From NCBI GenBank assembly GCA_963691875.1, contig OY829846.1, positions 1,312,001-1,376,000 of the forward strand: a DNA stretch of 64,000 nucleotides, given 5' to 3'. The notes under the pieces are model-generated. The model was not told the DNA's origin. It saw only the letters and a program-made list of their open reading frames with translations, and did not search any database. Shown piece after piece: positions 1 to 9,544 of the stretch (positions are counted from its first letter, which is position 1; each line of letters begins with the position of its first letter). The position numbers and the translations under genes are program-made. This DNA is from Aureliella sp. (GTDB lineage Bacteria; Planctomycetota; Planctomycetia; Pirellulales; Pirellulaceae).

Positions 1-1
1 T

Positions 2-544
2 GAATCGGATGCGTCCGAGCAGTTTCTGCTTGGCGAAGAGTGGTACAGGAAGAAGGACTACGCGGAAGCGTTGTAGTGGTACCGGAAGGCAGCCGAGCAA
101 GGATATGCGAAGGCTCAGTACTCCATAGGTTTGATGTACTTTTAAGGCTACGGCGTTCCTGAGGACTACGCGGAAGCGGTAAAGTGGTACCACAGGGCGG
201 CCAAGCAAGGGAATGCACAAGCTCAGTGGACCCTAAGTATTCGCTACGACAACGGATTAGGCGTGGAGCAGAACCTTGTGGAGGGCGTGAAGTGGCACCA
301 AAAGGCAGCTGCACAGGGCAATGCTGGGGCTCAGTACCACCTAGCTGGCCATTACGAACTCGGAGGGAGCGTACCGCAAGACCTCGTCGAAGCCTACTCA
401 TGGTATTTGGTTGCTACCAAGGGCGGTTGGGACAAAGCGGTGCAGAGTCGCGACGAGACTAAACGGAAACTTAGTGAGAGCCAAATAGCTCTAACGCAAC
501 GCCGCGCGGCTGACTTGTTTAACAAGTACGGCAGCGGTAAGTGG
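2..544 (+). pseudogene. Sel1-like (SLR) repeat protein, disrupted; 5' end lies outside the window
   Basis: Frame 2 reads DYAEAL*WYRKAAEQGYAKAQYSIGLMYF*GYGVPEDYAEAVKWYHRAAKQGNAQAQ...QDLVEAYSWY, i.e. consecutive Sel1 repeats with in-frame TAG (74-76) and TAA (143-145). Confidence 0.85.
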
Positions 545-578
545 GCAGCCTGGGGGCTGGTCTGTTTCGCGTTACGCC

Positions 579-1115
579 CTATGAATCCTTCTTCGGCTTT
601 GCCTCTGATTTGCTGGATTCGGGCGACGTTTCGGATTTTCCCTTCTCTTTCTTTTTCGGCGGCTTTGCTTCCTTAAAACCGGCTTTCAGCAGCTCAGGGT
701 ACCCCGCCTTGATTGGCCGCATGTCGTAACCTTTTTCTTTCAGTAGTTTGCCAGCCAGCAAAACACGGCCACCACTGAAGCAATGGCAGTAGATCGGCTT
801 GTCCTTGGGCAGGCCTTTCAAGGTTTTCTTGCTGAGTTTGTCAGCTTTGATTTCCGAAAGCGGCACAAACTTGGCTCCCTTCAAGTGCCCTTCATCCCAT
901 TCGTAGTCTTCACGCACATCAATGATGACAGCTTCCTTCTTCTTGACTCGTTTGAGAATGACGTCGAGCGGGTCTGCGCTGTGACCGGACTCGGTGAATT
1001 TGGCTTCCTCCTTCTTTGATTCTGCTAGCTTGGGATCGGCCTGCTTGGTTTCCGTTTCTTGCGCCAAAATTGGAGCTTGAAGTACGCAAAATAATATCGC
1101 GAAATGCCGAATCAT
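579..1115 (-). CDS. Rhodanese-like domain protein with N-terminal signal peptide
   Basis: IIDVREDYEWDEGHLKGA and IYCHCFSGGR active-site loop. The ATG at 1115 gives a signal-peptide-like MIRHFAILFCVLQAPILA. Confidence 0.85.
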   Translation of the reverse strand: MIRHFAILFCVLQAPILAQETETKQADPKLAESKKEEAKFTESGHSADPLDVILKRVKKKEAVIIDVREDYEWDEGHLKGAKFVPLSEIKADKLSKKTLKGLPKDKPIYCHCFSGGRVLLAGKLLKEKGYDMRPIKAGYPELLKAGFKEAKPPKKKEKGKSETSPESSKSEAKPKKDS

Positions 1116-1336
1116 GATTTTCCCATGTGTTTGTAAGTGGCTTAAAACCTGCGGATACGAAGCGGATTTCATGTAACCCTGTGCCGCAGCGTGGTAAATA
1201 TTATCGCAGCCGAATCGCCGAATCACCAGCAGGATAGCGAATGTTCCCAGATGAGACGTTCGGTTTTATCCAGAGTCCTGGGGCGAGGAGTTACGAGCTG
1301 TAGGAGGAATCGACCACGTATTGCTAACAAAGTAAA

Positions 1337-3286
1337 ATGAGTACTTTCCCCATCCATCCCGCCTCAATCAAAACTTTCTCGATGATACTCCAACCGAAGA
1401 CTTGGTGTCTAATAGTCTTGTTCTGCCTGCCCATTCCAAGCGTGCATGCCCAGCATGACCATGGAGATTCAGAGGTAAAGGCTCCTCGGATTTTCCTCGA
1501 CAAGAGCGCTCGGATCGTCGAGTACCAGCTAAAACGCCTCTCGAATCAACAACTGCTTGCCGTCGAAACGGCGACAGATGATAAGAAATACCTACCCGTC
1601 TTCAACGCGATCATGACTCGTGAAGGCATGTCACGAGCTTACCGCGAATCTGCGTTGGAAAGCATAGTGGAGATTAACGGTTCCAATGCCGTTACCGAAT
1701 TGGCTAGCGCGCTGAGCGCGATAAAGGGCTCAGACGAGTCCGCCTCGCGCACCATTCAGACTCTAGCAAAAATGTTGCTGGGCCAACCGCAATCGGATCT
1801 GGCCTCGGCGTCAGAGCAGTTGGTTGGGATGACGGAAGGTGGCAGATCACTCCTGGCGTCAGTTGGCTATGGCGGTCTACTGTCTGCAGAACAATCCGCC
1901 ACGGCCTGGAAACTCGCCACCGAGTCCAAGCAGACTCCGCTGCTTCTCACTGCGATTAGTTTGATTCCAGATGTGAAGATTAGAGAATCACTGCATTCCC
2001 AGACGATCTCTTTGACCTCTTCGGCAGAAATAGAGGTTCAAAGAGCTGCTATCGAGGCTCTAGCGTTTATTCCGAGCAATCAAGCGGAGACTTACTTGAA
2101 AGTCGCCAGCTTGATTAAAACTCCAGCTCTGCGCGAAGCGGTGGTTGAAACGCTACTTTCCGTACCTGTTACATCTCGTGACACCGGGACGGGCGTAGAG
2201 CTGATTCAGTTCTTGGTCAAGTTCGCAGAAGAGACCAAACCTGAGAAGCGAACAGAGGATAGCTTCCTCGATGCGATGCAACTAGTAGATCAGTTACTTG
2301 CCAAAGCGCCATCGACGATGGCTAAGGCTTACCGTACTCGGCTAAGCGAAACCGTTGTTCGCGTCGTCCGCGTTCACACTGTAGAAGAGGAAATGCGATA
2401 CGACATACCTTACTTCGCTGTCGAAGCCGGTCGACCTGTCCAAGTCGTTTTGATCAATGAGGACTTGATGCCTCACAACTTGGTGATTTGCCAGCCGGGT
2501 TCACTAAAAGAAGTGGCGGACGGAGGATTGGCAGCTGGCCCGAACAATGGTTTGGACGGAAAGCAATACGTGCCGAAGAATGAAAATGTCCTGTTTGCCA
2601 CGAACATGATCGGCTCACTCGAGTCGGAACGGCTTACTTTTGATGCACCGAAAGAACCTGGTGAATACCCCTACGTTTGCACTTTCCCGAGACACTGGAT
2701 GCGAATGTACGGAGTCATGGTCGTAGTCGAAGATCTCGATGCTTGGCTAAAGAGTCCGCAGGAACCGAAAGATCCGATTGGCAGCAACCGCTCGTTTGTC
2801 CAGTCCTGGACCGTCAATGATTTTTCGGAGGGCCTCGAACGAGGATTAGCAGGGCGGTCGGATGCCATTGGTGAACGTATCTTTACCGAAGCAACTTGTG
2901 CCCAATGTCACAAGCTTGGTGGTTTCGGCATTGGCAATGTAGGGCCAGCTCTCGACGAGACATTCGCCAAATTTAAAGGTGACAATTTGGCGGTGTTACA
3001 AGAGATTGTAGATCCGTCTCACAGGATTGACGAAAAATACGCCGTTCGCAAGATTCTAGATTACAACGCACGCGTCTACACAGGATTAGTGATTTCAGAA
3101 GACAAGGACAAAGTCTTACTGCTTGAAAATCCGGAAGCCAAGGAGCCTACAGAGATTTTGCAGGATGATATTGAGCAGATGGTGAAAACTTCTAACTCGA
3201 TGATGCCGAAGGGCTTGATGGATCGCTTCAGCAAAGATGAAATCCTAGAGCTGCTGAGTTTTATCAAGAACCAGCAGACGAAGTAG
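1337..3286 (+). CDS. Exported HEAT-repeat + azurin/auracyanin-type cupredoxin + c-type cytochrome fusion (PVC-type heme-binding protein)
   Basis: Signal peptide and helical repeats. Type-1 Cu ligands MPHN...YVCTFPRHWMRM. Heme motif CAQCH followed by VGPAL and C-terminal SMMPKGL. Confidence 0.85.
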   Translation: MSTFPIHPASIKTFSMILQPKTWCLIVLFCLPIPSVHAQHDHGDSEVKAPRIFLDKSARIVEYQLKRLSNQQLLAVETATDDKKYLPVFNAIMTREGMSRAYRESALESIVEINGSNAVTELASALSAIKGSDESASRTIQTLAKMLLGQPQSDLASASEQLVGMTEGGRSLLASVGYGGLLSAEQSATAWKLATESKQTPLLLTAISLIPDVKIRESLHSQTISLTSSAEIEVQRAAIEALAFIPSNQAETYLKVASLIKTPALREAVVETLLSVPVTSRDTGTGVELIQFLVKFAEETKPEKRTEDSFLDAMQLVDQLLAKAPSTMAKAYRTRLSETVVRVVRVHTVEEEMRYDIPYFAVEAGRPVQVVLINEDLMPHNLVICQPGSLKEVADGGLAAGPNNGLDGKQYVPKNENVLFATNMIGSLESERLTFDAPKEPGEYPYVCTFPRHWMRMYGVMVVVEDLDAWLKSPQEPKDPIGSNRSFVQSWTVNDFSEGLERGLAGRSDAIGERIFTEATCAQCHKLGGFGIGNVGPALDETFAKFKGDNLAVLQEIVDPSHRIDEKYAVRKILDYNARVYTGLVISEDKDKVLLLENPEAKEPTEILQDDIEQMVKTSNSMMPKGLMDRFSKDEILELLSFIKNQQTK

Positions 3287-3298
3287 ATCAACCGCTTT

Positions 3299-3392
3299 GT
3301 AGCTACTCGGGAATATCGGCTTCACGCATCAAGTTAGCTTGATGCCGAGCCCCGCATCCTCTGAGCCAAGGATTCTGACGAGTTCCGCTACT
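3299..3392. repeat. REP-like palindromic intergenic element (GTAGCTAC...GACGAGTTCCGCTAC)
   Basis: Perfect 8-bp hairpin GCATCAAG-TTAG-CTTGATGC (3326-3345) between GTAG...CTAC termini. Confidence 0.45.
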
Positions 3393-3441
3393 ATTTTTCC
3401 TCTCCCCCCTTTTCTCCAACCCTTATCTAGCCAATCACTCC

Positions 3442-4464
3442 ATGCGAGCAATACAACTCCAAGAACCTAAAAACTTTGAAATCGTAGACATCGCCGAGCC
3501 GGGCGAGCCTGGACCAGGTCAGGCGTTGGTCAAAACGCATCGCATGGGAATCTGCGGAACCGACTACAGCGGTTACCTAGGAAAGATGCCCTTCTTTAGC
3601 TATCCAAGGATTCCGGGCCATGAGCTAGGTGTGGAAGTCTTGGCAGTAGGCGAAGGCGTGCATAACGTTGCCCCCGGAGACCGCTGTAGTGTAGAGCCCT
3701 ACATGAATTGCGGCGACTGCTTCGCATGTCGCAAAGGCAATTCGAATTGCTGTGACAAGTTGGAAGTCATAGGCGTGATGACTGACGGTGGACTCTGCGA
3801 GCAATTCTTAATTCGATCGGAAAAGCTCCACAAGTCCGACAAGCTTTCGTACGAGCAACTCGCCCTGGTAGAAACCCTGGCGATAGGTTGCCATGCTTGC
3901 GACCGCGGCGCACCGACAAAAGGCGATCATGTTCTGGTGATTGGTGCAGGACCAATCGGACTAGCAACGCTTGAATTCACGCGACTTACTGGCGCGACCA
4001 TCACTGTTATGGACATGGTTCAGTCTCGGCTGGATTTCTGCCGCGAAGTCTACGGAGTGCCGCACACGATTCAATTCAAAGGTGACGGCTCGGAGCTTGA
4101 GCAAGCTTTGGAGATTACCGGGGGTGACAAGTACTTTGTGGTAACAGACGCCACTGGTAGCAACAAGTCGATGGCGGCAGCGATGCAATTCGTTGCTCAT
4201 ACTGGGGCGTTGGTCTATGTGGGGATCACCACTCAGGAAGTTTCCTTCTTTCATCCGGCTTTGCACAAGCCTGAGATCACGCTCAAGGCTTCGCGTAATG
4301 CTTTACCAGCCGACTTCACGAGGATAATTTCTTTGATCGAAGACGGAACCATCAACACCGATCCGTGGATCACTCATCGAACCACTTTCGATTCAGTGAT
4401 CGAGGAATTTGAAACTTTCACAAAGCCCGAGTCAGGTGTTATCAAAGCCGTCATTGAGCTCTAA
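3442..4464 (+). CDS. Zn-dependent alcohol dehydrogenase (MDR family), L-galactonate dehydrogenase LgoD/YjjN-like
   Basis: GICGTD, GHE, structural Zn CxxCxxCx7C, GAGPIG Rossmann motif, and the ITLKASRNA motif typical of the YjjN subgroup. Confidence 0.85.
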   Translation: MRAIQLQEPKNFEIVDIAEPGEPGPGQALVKTHRMGICGTDYSGYLGKMPFFSYPRIPGHELGVEVLAVGEGVHNVAPGDRCSVEPYMNCGDCFACRKGNSNCCDKLEVIGVMTDGGLCEQFLIRSEKLHKSDKLSYEQLALVETLAIGCHACDRGAPTKGDHVLVIGAGPIGLATLEFTRLTGATITVMDMVQSRLDFCREVYGVPHTIQFKGDGSELEQALEITGGDKYFVVTDATGSNKSMAAAMQFVAHTGALVYVGITTQEVSFFHPALHKPEITLKASRNALPADFTRIISLIEDGTINTDPWITHRTTFDSVIEEFETFTKPESGVIKAVIEL

Positions 4465-4506
4465 AATTATTCACTCTAAATTCTCGACTCTGAAGATTGG
4501 AAACTC

Positions 4507-5322
4507 ATGATTCGCTCTGCAATCACCGTGAGCTTGGTCGAAGAGGCTCGTGGTGGCCCATTTGTTTTCTGGGACGGACTAGCTGATGCCTTCGAGCGTT
4601 CGGCCGGCCTCGGCTTCGACGCTGTGGAGATTTTTGCTCCCGGTCCAGACGCTGTGAATCCTGGCGAGCTCAAGAGCCTGATCGAGCAGCACTCTTTGTC
4701 TGTCGCGGCAGTCGGTACTGGCGCCGGGATGGTCAAGCACGGCTTGAGCCTAACAGACCCAGATGCAGGAAAACGCTCCGCAGCTCGTGATTTTGTCAAG
4801 TCAATGATCGATTTCGGCGGTCCCTTCGGCGCGGCAGCCATCATCGGTTCCATGCAAGGAAAATGGGGCGGCGATTTGAGTCGTGACGCGGCTCTCAAAT
4901 TACTTGCCGAAGCGTTGAACGAACTCGGGCCTTACGCCGAGAAGCACGGTGTGTGCTTGATCTACGAACCTCTGAATCGTTATGAGACCAACTTACTTAA
5001 AACGGTTGCCGACGGAGTCGAGTACCTCAAGACACTCGACACGCAGAACGTGAAATTGCTCGCTGACCTGTTCCATATGAACATCGAAGAAGCCAACTTG
5101 GCAGACGCGATTCGAAGCGGAGCCGGGCACATCGGACACATTCACTTTGTGGATTCCAATCGCCAAGCCACTGGACTGGGGCACATGGACTACGCTCCAA
5201 TCTCGGCCGCCATTAAAGAGTCGGGCTACGATGGCTACTTGTCTGCCGAGGCATTCCCGATTCCCGATTCGCAGACTGCGGCCGAGAAGACGATCGAGAC
5301 TTTTAAGCATTTTTTTGGCTAG
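4507..5322 (+). CDS. Sugar phosphate isomerase/epimerase (AP-endonuclease-2 TIM barrel; ketose 3-epimerase/IolO-like)
   Basis: YEPLNRYE, DLFHMNIEE, HIHFVDSNR, GLGHMD, and GYLSAE metal-binding motifs. Confidence 0.85.
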   Translation: MIRSAITVSLVEEARGGPFVFWDGLADAFERSAGLGFDAVEIFAPGPDAVNPGELKSLIEQHSLSVAAVGTGAGMVKHGLSLTDPDAGKRSAARDFVKSMIDFGGPFGAAAIIGSMQGKWGGDLSRDAALKLLAEALNELGPYAEKHGVCLIYEPLNRYETNLLKTVADGVEYLKTLDTQNVKLLADLFHMNIEEANLADAIRSGAGHIGHIHFVDSNRQATGLGHMDYAPISAAIKESGYDGYLSAEAFPIPDSQTAAEKTIETFKHFFG

Positions 5323-5356
5323 GTCTGCCGTTCGTCGGATCGCATGTCACTTTCCC

Positions 5357-5399
5357 TCGGGGAGAGTCGGCCGATAAGGGCCGGCGAGGCCCTCCCCGA
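5357..5399. repeat. REP-like nested palindrome
   Basis: TCGGGGAG (5357-64) pairs with CTCCCCGA (5392-99) and encloses TCGGCC-GATAAG-GGCCGG. Confidence 0.5.
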
Positions 5400-5477
5400 C
5401 GAATAGGTTCGGCCCACCCGCACACGAGTGGGTGAGTTCTCCAGTTCTAACACCCAAATCAACCCTTGGAAACAACG

Positions 5478-6746
5478 ATGACAGATAAGTGTGAAACACT
5501 TGGCATGGCACCCAGCTTTGGTTTTGGCGATCGGATTGGCCTCGCCACGCCGGGGCATGTCGAAGCGATGAAGCGAAGCGGAGGCTCGATTGAGCCGATT
5601 TTCCCGCAACAGTCGATCCGCGAAATGACTCGGACGCAACGTACAGCTACCGAAGTCATGCAGGACGCGATGAACGGTGCTCGCGCAGCCGGTTGGACCG
5701 CTCGCATCGGTGCGGATGCAGATCACTTGAAAACACCGGATGATGTGAACATCACCGCAGCCGAAGGTTTCACTTTCTTCACCATCGACCCTTCCGATGA
5801 CGTCGACCAAAAGGCGGATGACTACGACGCAGCAACATTGCGTGATAAGTTTGCTTCCGCGAAGGAAACCGCAGCATGGTACGACGGCTACCTTGGAAAG
5901 TCACTCGAGTTGCCGAGCGGCACGAAGATCGAACTAGATGAAGAAGCCTGCATGCGAGCGGCGGTGAAGTACGGTCCTGCGATTGCACGTGCATTGGATC
6001 TGGGTAATCACATCAAAAGCGTCAATGAAGCTGCTGGGCAAGATTACGAGATTGAACTTTCCGTAGACGAAACGGATCAACCCACCACCTTGGCCGAGCA
6101 CTACATCATTGCGGATCAGTGCATTCAAGGTGGCATGAAATTGGTCAGTTTAGCGCCGCGTTTTATCGGAGAGTTGGAGAAGGGCGTAGACTACAAGGGC
6201 GATGTCGACGCTCTCGAAGCATCTTTGAATGATCATGCTGCGATAGCCGAGATGCTTGGCCCCTACAAGCTCAGTTTGCATTCGGGCTCCGACAAAATCT
6301 CGATGTACGCCGCCTTGGCACGTGCGACGAAAGGCAAGTTCCACGTTAAAACGGCTGGAACCAGTTATCTTGAAGCACTTCGGGTCGTCGCTCGACATGA
6401 CGAAGCCCTGTTCCGAAAGGTCGTTCAGTTTGGCCGCTCTCGCTACGACGTGGATAAAGCGACATATCACGTCTCGGCTACCAACGATGGTGTGCCAGAA
6501 GATAGCGGTCTAGATGCAGCTCAACTCGAGAAAACCTATCTCGAATGCTGGGCTGACGTTCCTCAAGGAGTTGGATTCACTGAACCTGGTCGCCAGATTT
6601 TGCACTGTACTTTCGGATCGACGCTGACCGATCCTGAACTTGGCCCCGCCATCCGCTCGGTGCTCGAATCAAACCCCGCCACCTACACCGAAGTACTCGC
6701 AGATCACTTCAGCCGCCACTTGGAGGCACTCCGTTCCGGTATGTAG
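5478..6746 (+). CDS. uxaE: Tagaturonate/fructuronate epimerase
   Basis: SFGFGDRIGLATPGH, QQSIREMTRT, GADADHLK, ELSVDET, LSLHSGSDK and HVKTAGTSYLEALR motifs. Confidence 0.9.
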   Translation: MTDKCETLGMAPSFGFGDRIGLATPGHVEAMKRSGGSIEPIFPQQSIREMTRTQRTATEVMQDAMNGARAAGWTARIGADADHLKTPDDVNITAAEGFTFFTIDPSDDVDQKADDYDAATLRDKFASAKETAAWYDGYLGKSLELPSGTKIELDEEACMRAAVKYGPAIARALDLGNHIKSVNEAAGQDYEIELSVDETDQPTTLAEHYIIADQCIQGGMKLVSLAPRFIGELEKGVDYKGDVDALEASLNDHAAIAEMLGPYKLSLHSGSDKISMYAALARATKGKFHVKTAGTSYLEALRVVARHDEALFRKVVQFGRSRYDVDKATYHVSATNDGVPEDSGLDAAQLEKTYLECWADVPQGVGFTEPGRQILHCTFGSTLTDPELGPAIRSVLESNPATYTEVLADHFSRHLEALRSGM

Positions 6747-7147
6747 CGGATCTGGCAAAACGACTTGCATCGCAAAAGCCGCTCGGCTTCAAATTCCAAT
6801 CATTCAATCCGGGCCGCTGAGCTGACATTCAGCGTCGGGCCAACCGATGACAATTTGTCTACCGTCTAGATCGGTGCGCGCAAGATGCCACAAAACAAGG
6901 TTCCTTAGACAAGACTGGAAAGAACAAAGAAGTAAGACGAGATTCAAAAGTAAGACTACTAAAAGCAGATGGAGTCGTTAGATGGAATTGCCTAGACTCC
7001 CAAAGTCTTATTTTGCCATCGGGGGCGGTTGTTTAGAGCAAGCCGCATTCCGAAAACTCATCGTCGCCTTACCGCTAGATTGCCGTCTTTTACATATCCA
7101 GACAGACCGTCCACTGCCCAAAGCGAGACAGAAGGGAATCGGTTGGA

Positions 7148-8053
7148 CTAACCTGGGACCAATAAAGTCAGACGTTTGGAGAGTGTCTTGATGTGTAGCG
7201 GCAAGAGCCCGCCTGGATCGCCATCGATTTGAAAGGGGACTTCACTGCCATCAACTGCTTCGATCTTCATCTCACTAAACTTCGCGTGAGAAAAACCCTT
7301 CATCGATTGATGCTTGCGAAAGAATAGTCGGGTAAGGTAGCCAGTACCGAAAAACAGACCGCCCTTCGAAAACTGGCAGAGATCAAGCAAGCCATCCTCT
7401 GGGTCCGCCTGTGGGCAGAATTCCAGCGAGGCAGCGTATCGCGGCACATTAAAAACGAATCCCCAGGCGGCAGAATCCAGCTCGCGAAATTCCTCTCTTT
7501 CGGAATCACGAACCTGAAATTTCAATTGTGGGAAGCGATACTTACTAATCGCACGTAGAATTGGTTTCGTGTAAGACCAACGATTAATGTGCCCTCTGCG
7601 AATGGCGTCCATTTCCTCAACAACCAATGCATCGAATCCGATGCTGGCCATTACCAGGAAGACTTTGTCATTCGCTTGGCCGACATCAATTTGCCGCGAT
7701 ATGCCAGTTTGAATAATTCCAACGGCCTGATCGATCTCGCTTTTGATTCCCAGATAGCGAGCCAGTAGGTTCTCAGTCCCCAGAGGGAAAAGCTGCAGCG
7801 GAATATCATGCGGCAAAAGGTTGGCCAGGGCATCAGCTGTTCCATCACCACCTGCAGCAATCACCGCGCGAAGCTGGCCTTCGGCATGAAGCTTTGGCGC
7901 GAGTGCTGCGATTTCTTGCAAGTCGTAGATTACCTGCGACTGATATCCGCTCGAGCAGATGCCCTCATTCAAAGCGGTTACTCTGGGACCGGATTCCGTT
8001 GCGCCCGATTTCGGGTTAGCAGCAATCAAGATTTGTCTTCCGGAACCCGGCAT
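7148..8053 (-). CDS. Diacylglycerol/lipid kinase family protein (YegS/DagK-like)
   Basis: NPKSG, GGDGT, PLGTENLLA, ASIGFDA and QIDGD motifs. Confidence 0.9.
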   Translation of the reverse strand: MPGSGRQILIAANPKSGATESGPRVTALNEGICSSGYQSQVIYDLQEIAALAPKLHAEGQLRAVIAAGGDGTADALANLLPHDIPLQLFPLGTENLLARYLGIKSEIDQAVGIIQTGISRQIDVGQANDKVFLVMASIGFDALVVEEMDAIRRGHINRWSYTKPILRAISKYRFPQLKFQVRDSEREEFRELDSAAWGFVFNVPRYAASLEFCPQADPEDGLLDLCQFSKGGLFFGTGYLTRLFFRKHQSMKGFSHAKFSEMKIEAVDGSEVPFQIDGDPGGLLPLHIKTLSKRLTLLVPG

Positions 8054-8074
8054 GACGATGCTCCGGAGGATGTG

Positions 8075-8341
8075 CTAAAGCGACCGTCGGGCTCGCAAAG
8101 AAGCAAAGCAATGCTTGATGCGAAAGCATCCGTGCGAAACAAAGTTGCGTAGCGGCCGGAAAAGCAACAGGGCTCCAAGCAGACAAAAGAGAAACAACGG
8201 GAATGCATGGCTCGGATGCGAAAGGAAGTGGATCGCTTCTGCGTCTCTTGATAAGATCGAATGCCCAGGGTGAGCCATCGTGGTGCTGGCAAGGCATAGC
8301 CACAACGCAGACATAATGAAGACGCGTCTAAACAAACTCAT
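8075..8341 (-). CDS. Small membrane protein with signal peptide and AHPGH motif
   Basis: Signal-peptide-like N-terminus ending TTMA|HPGH and one further hydrophobic segment. It sits tightly between two co-oriented genes. Confidence 0.5.
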   Translation of the reverse strand: MSLFRRVFIMSALWLCLASTTMAHPGHSILSRDAEAIHFLSHPSHAFPLFLFCLLGALLLFRPLRNFVSHGCFRIKHCFASLRARRSL

Positions 8342-8367
8342 CGCGCACACCAGTTCGTGTAAAAGCC

Positions 8368-8907
8368 TCAGGAATCTGACGGAGCGTCGTCCGACTTGCC
8401 TAGTTGAGAATTCACCAAGTCAACTGGGATAGGGATACCCTTAAGGATTCCGTCGACAGCCAATGACTCACGCACAAAACCTTGAAAACGCGTGACAACA
8501 ATTCGTCCACGACGAAGCTTGGTCATGCCACAAACGAGCACGAGTCGATCTCCAGGCAAGACAGGATCGCGGAAACGGACATCTTCCAGCCCGCCAAATC
8601 CGACCATCGCTGCCCCCAGCAAGTCATGCTTTTGGGAAAAGTAGCTGCACATCTGTGCAGCCGCCTCCAACATTACAACCCCCGGCATCAAGGGCATGTT
8701 AGGCATATGCCCACGCACCCAGAATTCGTCGTAGGCCAGATCTTTGTAGCCAGCACAAACGTGGTTTTCGAGATCCTCGTAGACAATCGCTGTCAACTGC
8801 TCCATCTCGAATCTCTGCGGATTGTACTTCCGAATCTCCTCTTGATCGGCAATCACATTGCTTAGATCGAGAGTAGCAGGATCCAAGATTAAGTCTCGAC
8901 CGGCCAA
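8368..8907 (-). CDS. 3-hydroxyacyl-ACP dehydratase FabZ/FabA-like (hot-dog fold)
   Basis: PQRFEM and GHMPNMPLMPGVVMLEAAAQ, with catalytic His and Glu present. Also VRFRDPVLPGDRL. Confidence 0.85.
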   Translation of the reverse strand: MAGRDLILDPATLDLSNVIADQEEIRKYNPQRFEMEQLTAIVYEDLENHVCAGYKDLAYDEFWVRGHMPNMPLMPGVVMLEAAAQMCSYFSQKHDLLGAAMVGFGGLEDVRFRDPVLPGDRLVLVCGMTKLRRGRIVVTRFQGFVRESLAVDGILKGIPIPVDLVNSQLGKSDDAPSDS

Positions 8908-9544
8908 CTAAATCACTCCTGGAGAACGCTGCCCCAGAGAGGGGCGAGTCACTGATTTGCGAAGGGGAAGCTGTATAGGTTACAAATCCGAGCAAAATCG
9001 TTCTGTTCGGTTGCGCTCAAATTCAACCCTAAAGTGCAGGTAGAAACTAAGTTTTAATCTTCTTTCGCTTCGCTTTCCGGACCTTCGCATTTGCAGGGCG
9101 GGCACCGTGATTCGCCTTCTTAACTTTGCGGTGTGGCTTAGACATCTGACTCTTCCTAAATTAAAAGCGTGCGTCTTCTGATGCTATATGTGACTCGGCA
9201 CCTACCAGCACTTTCTGGGGGTGCGTTAGATTTCAACTCGAACCGATAGGGTATCAACAAACACCAAGGCAGAAAAGGCTCTTTTAACGCTTTGCCTCGT
9301 CCTTCAAACCACGCATCGGGTGGTTTCCGCGAATTGTTCACGGTTACGGAGCATTTTTGCCCCCACTTCCATTGGAATTACCTCTAATCGTCTTAGAATA
9401 GGACGTTCCTTTGTCGTAGTACGCTTTTCTACCCGAACCCCTTCTCGGACTAGCTGGCTTTCCTATTCTGAGTTTTAAAGTCACTAGTTTTGCTGCACGG
9501 CACTCCGCGTTCCTTTTCACTGCATTCATTAATGGGCTCACAGG

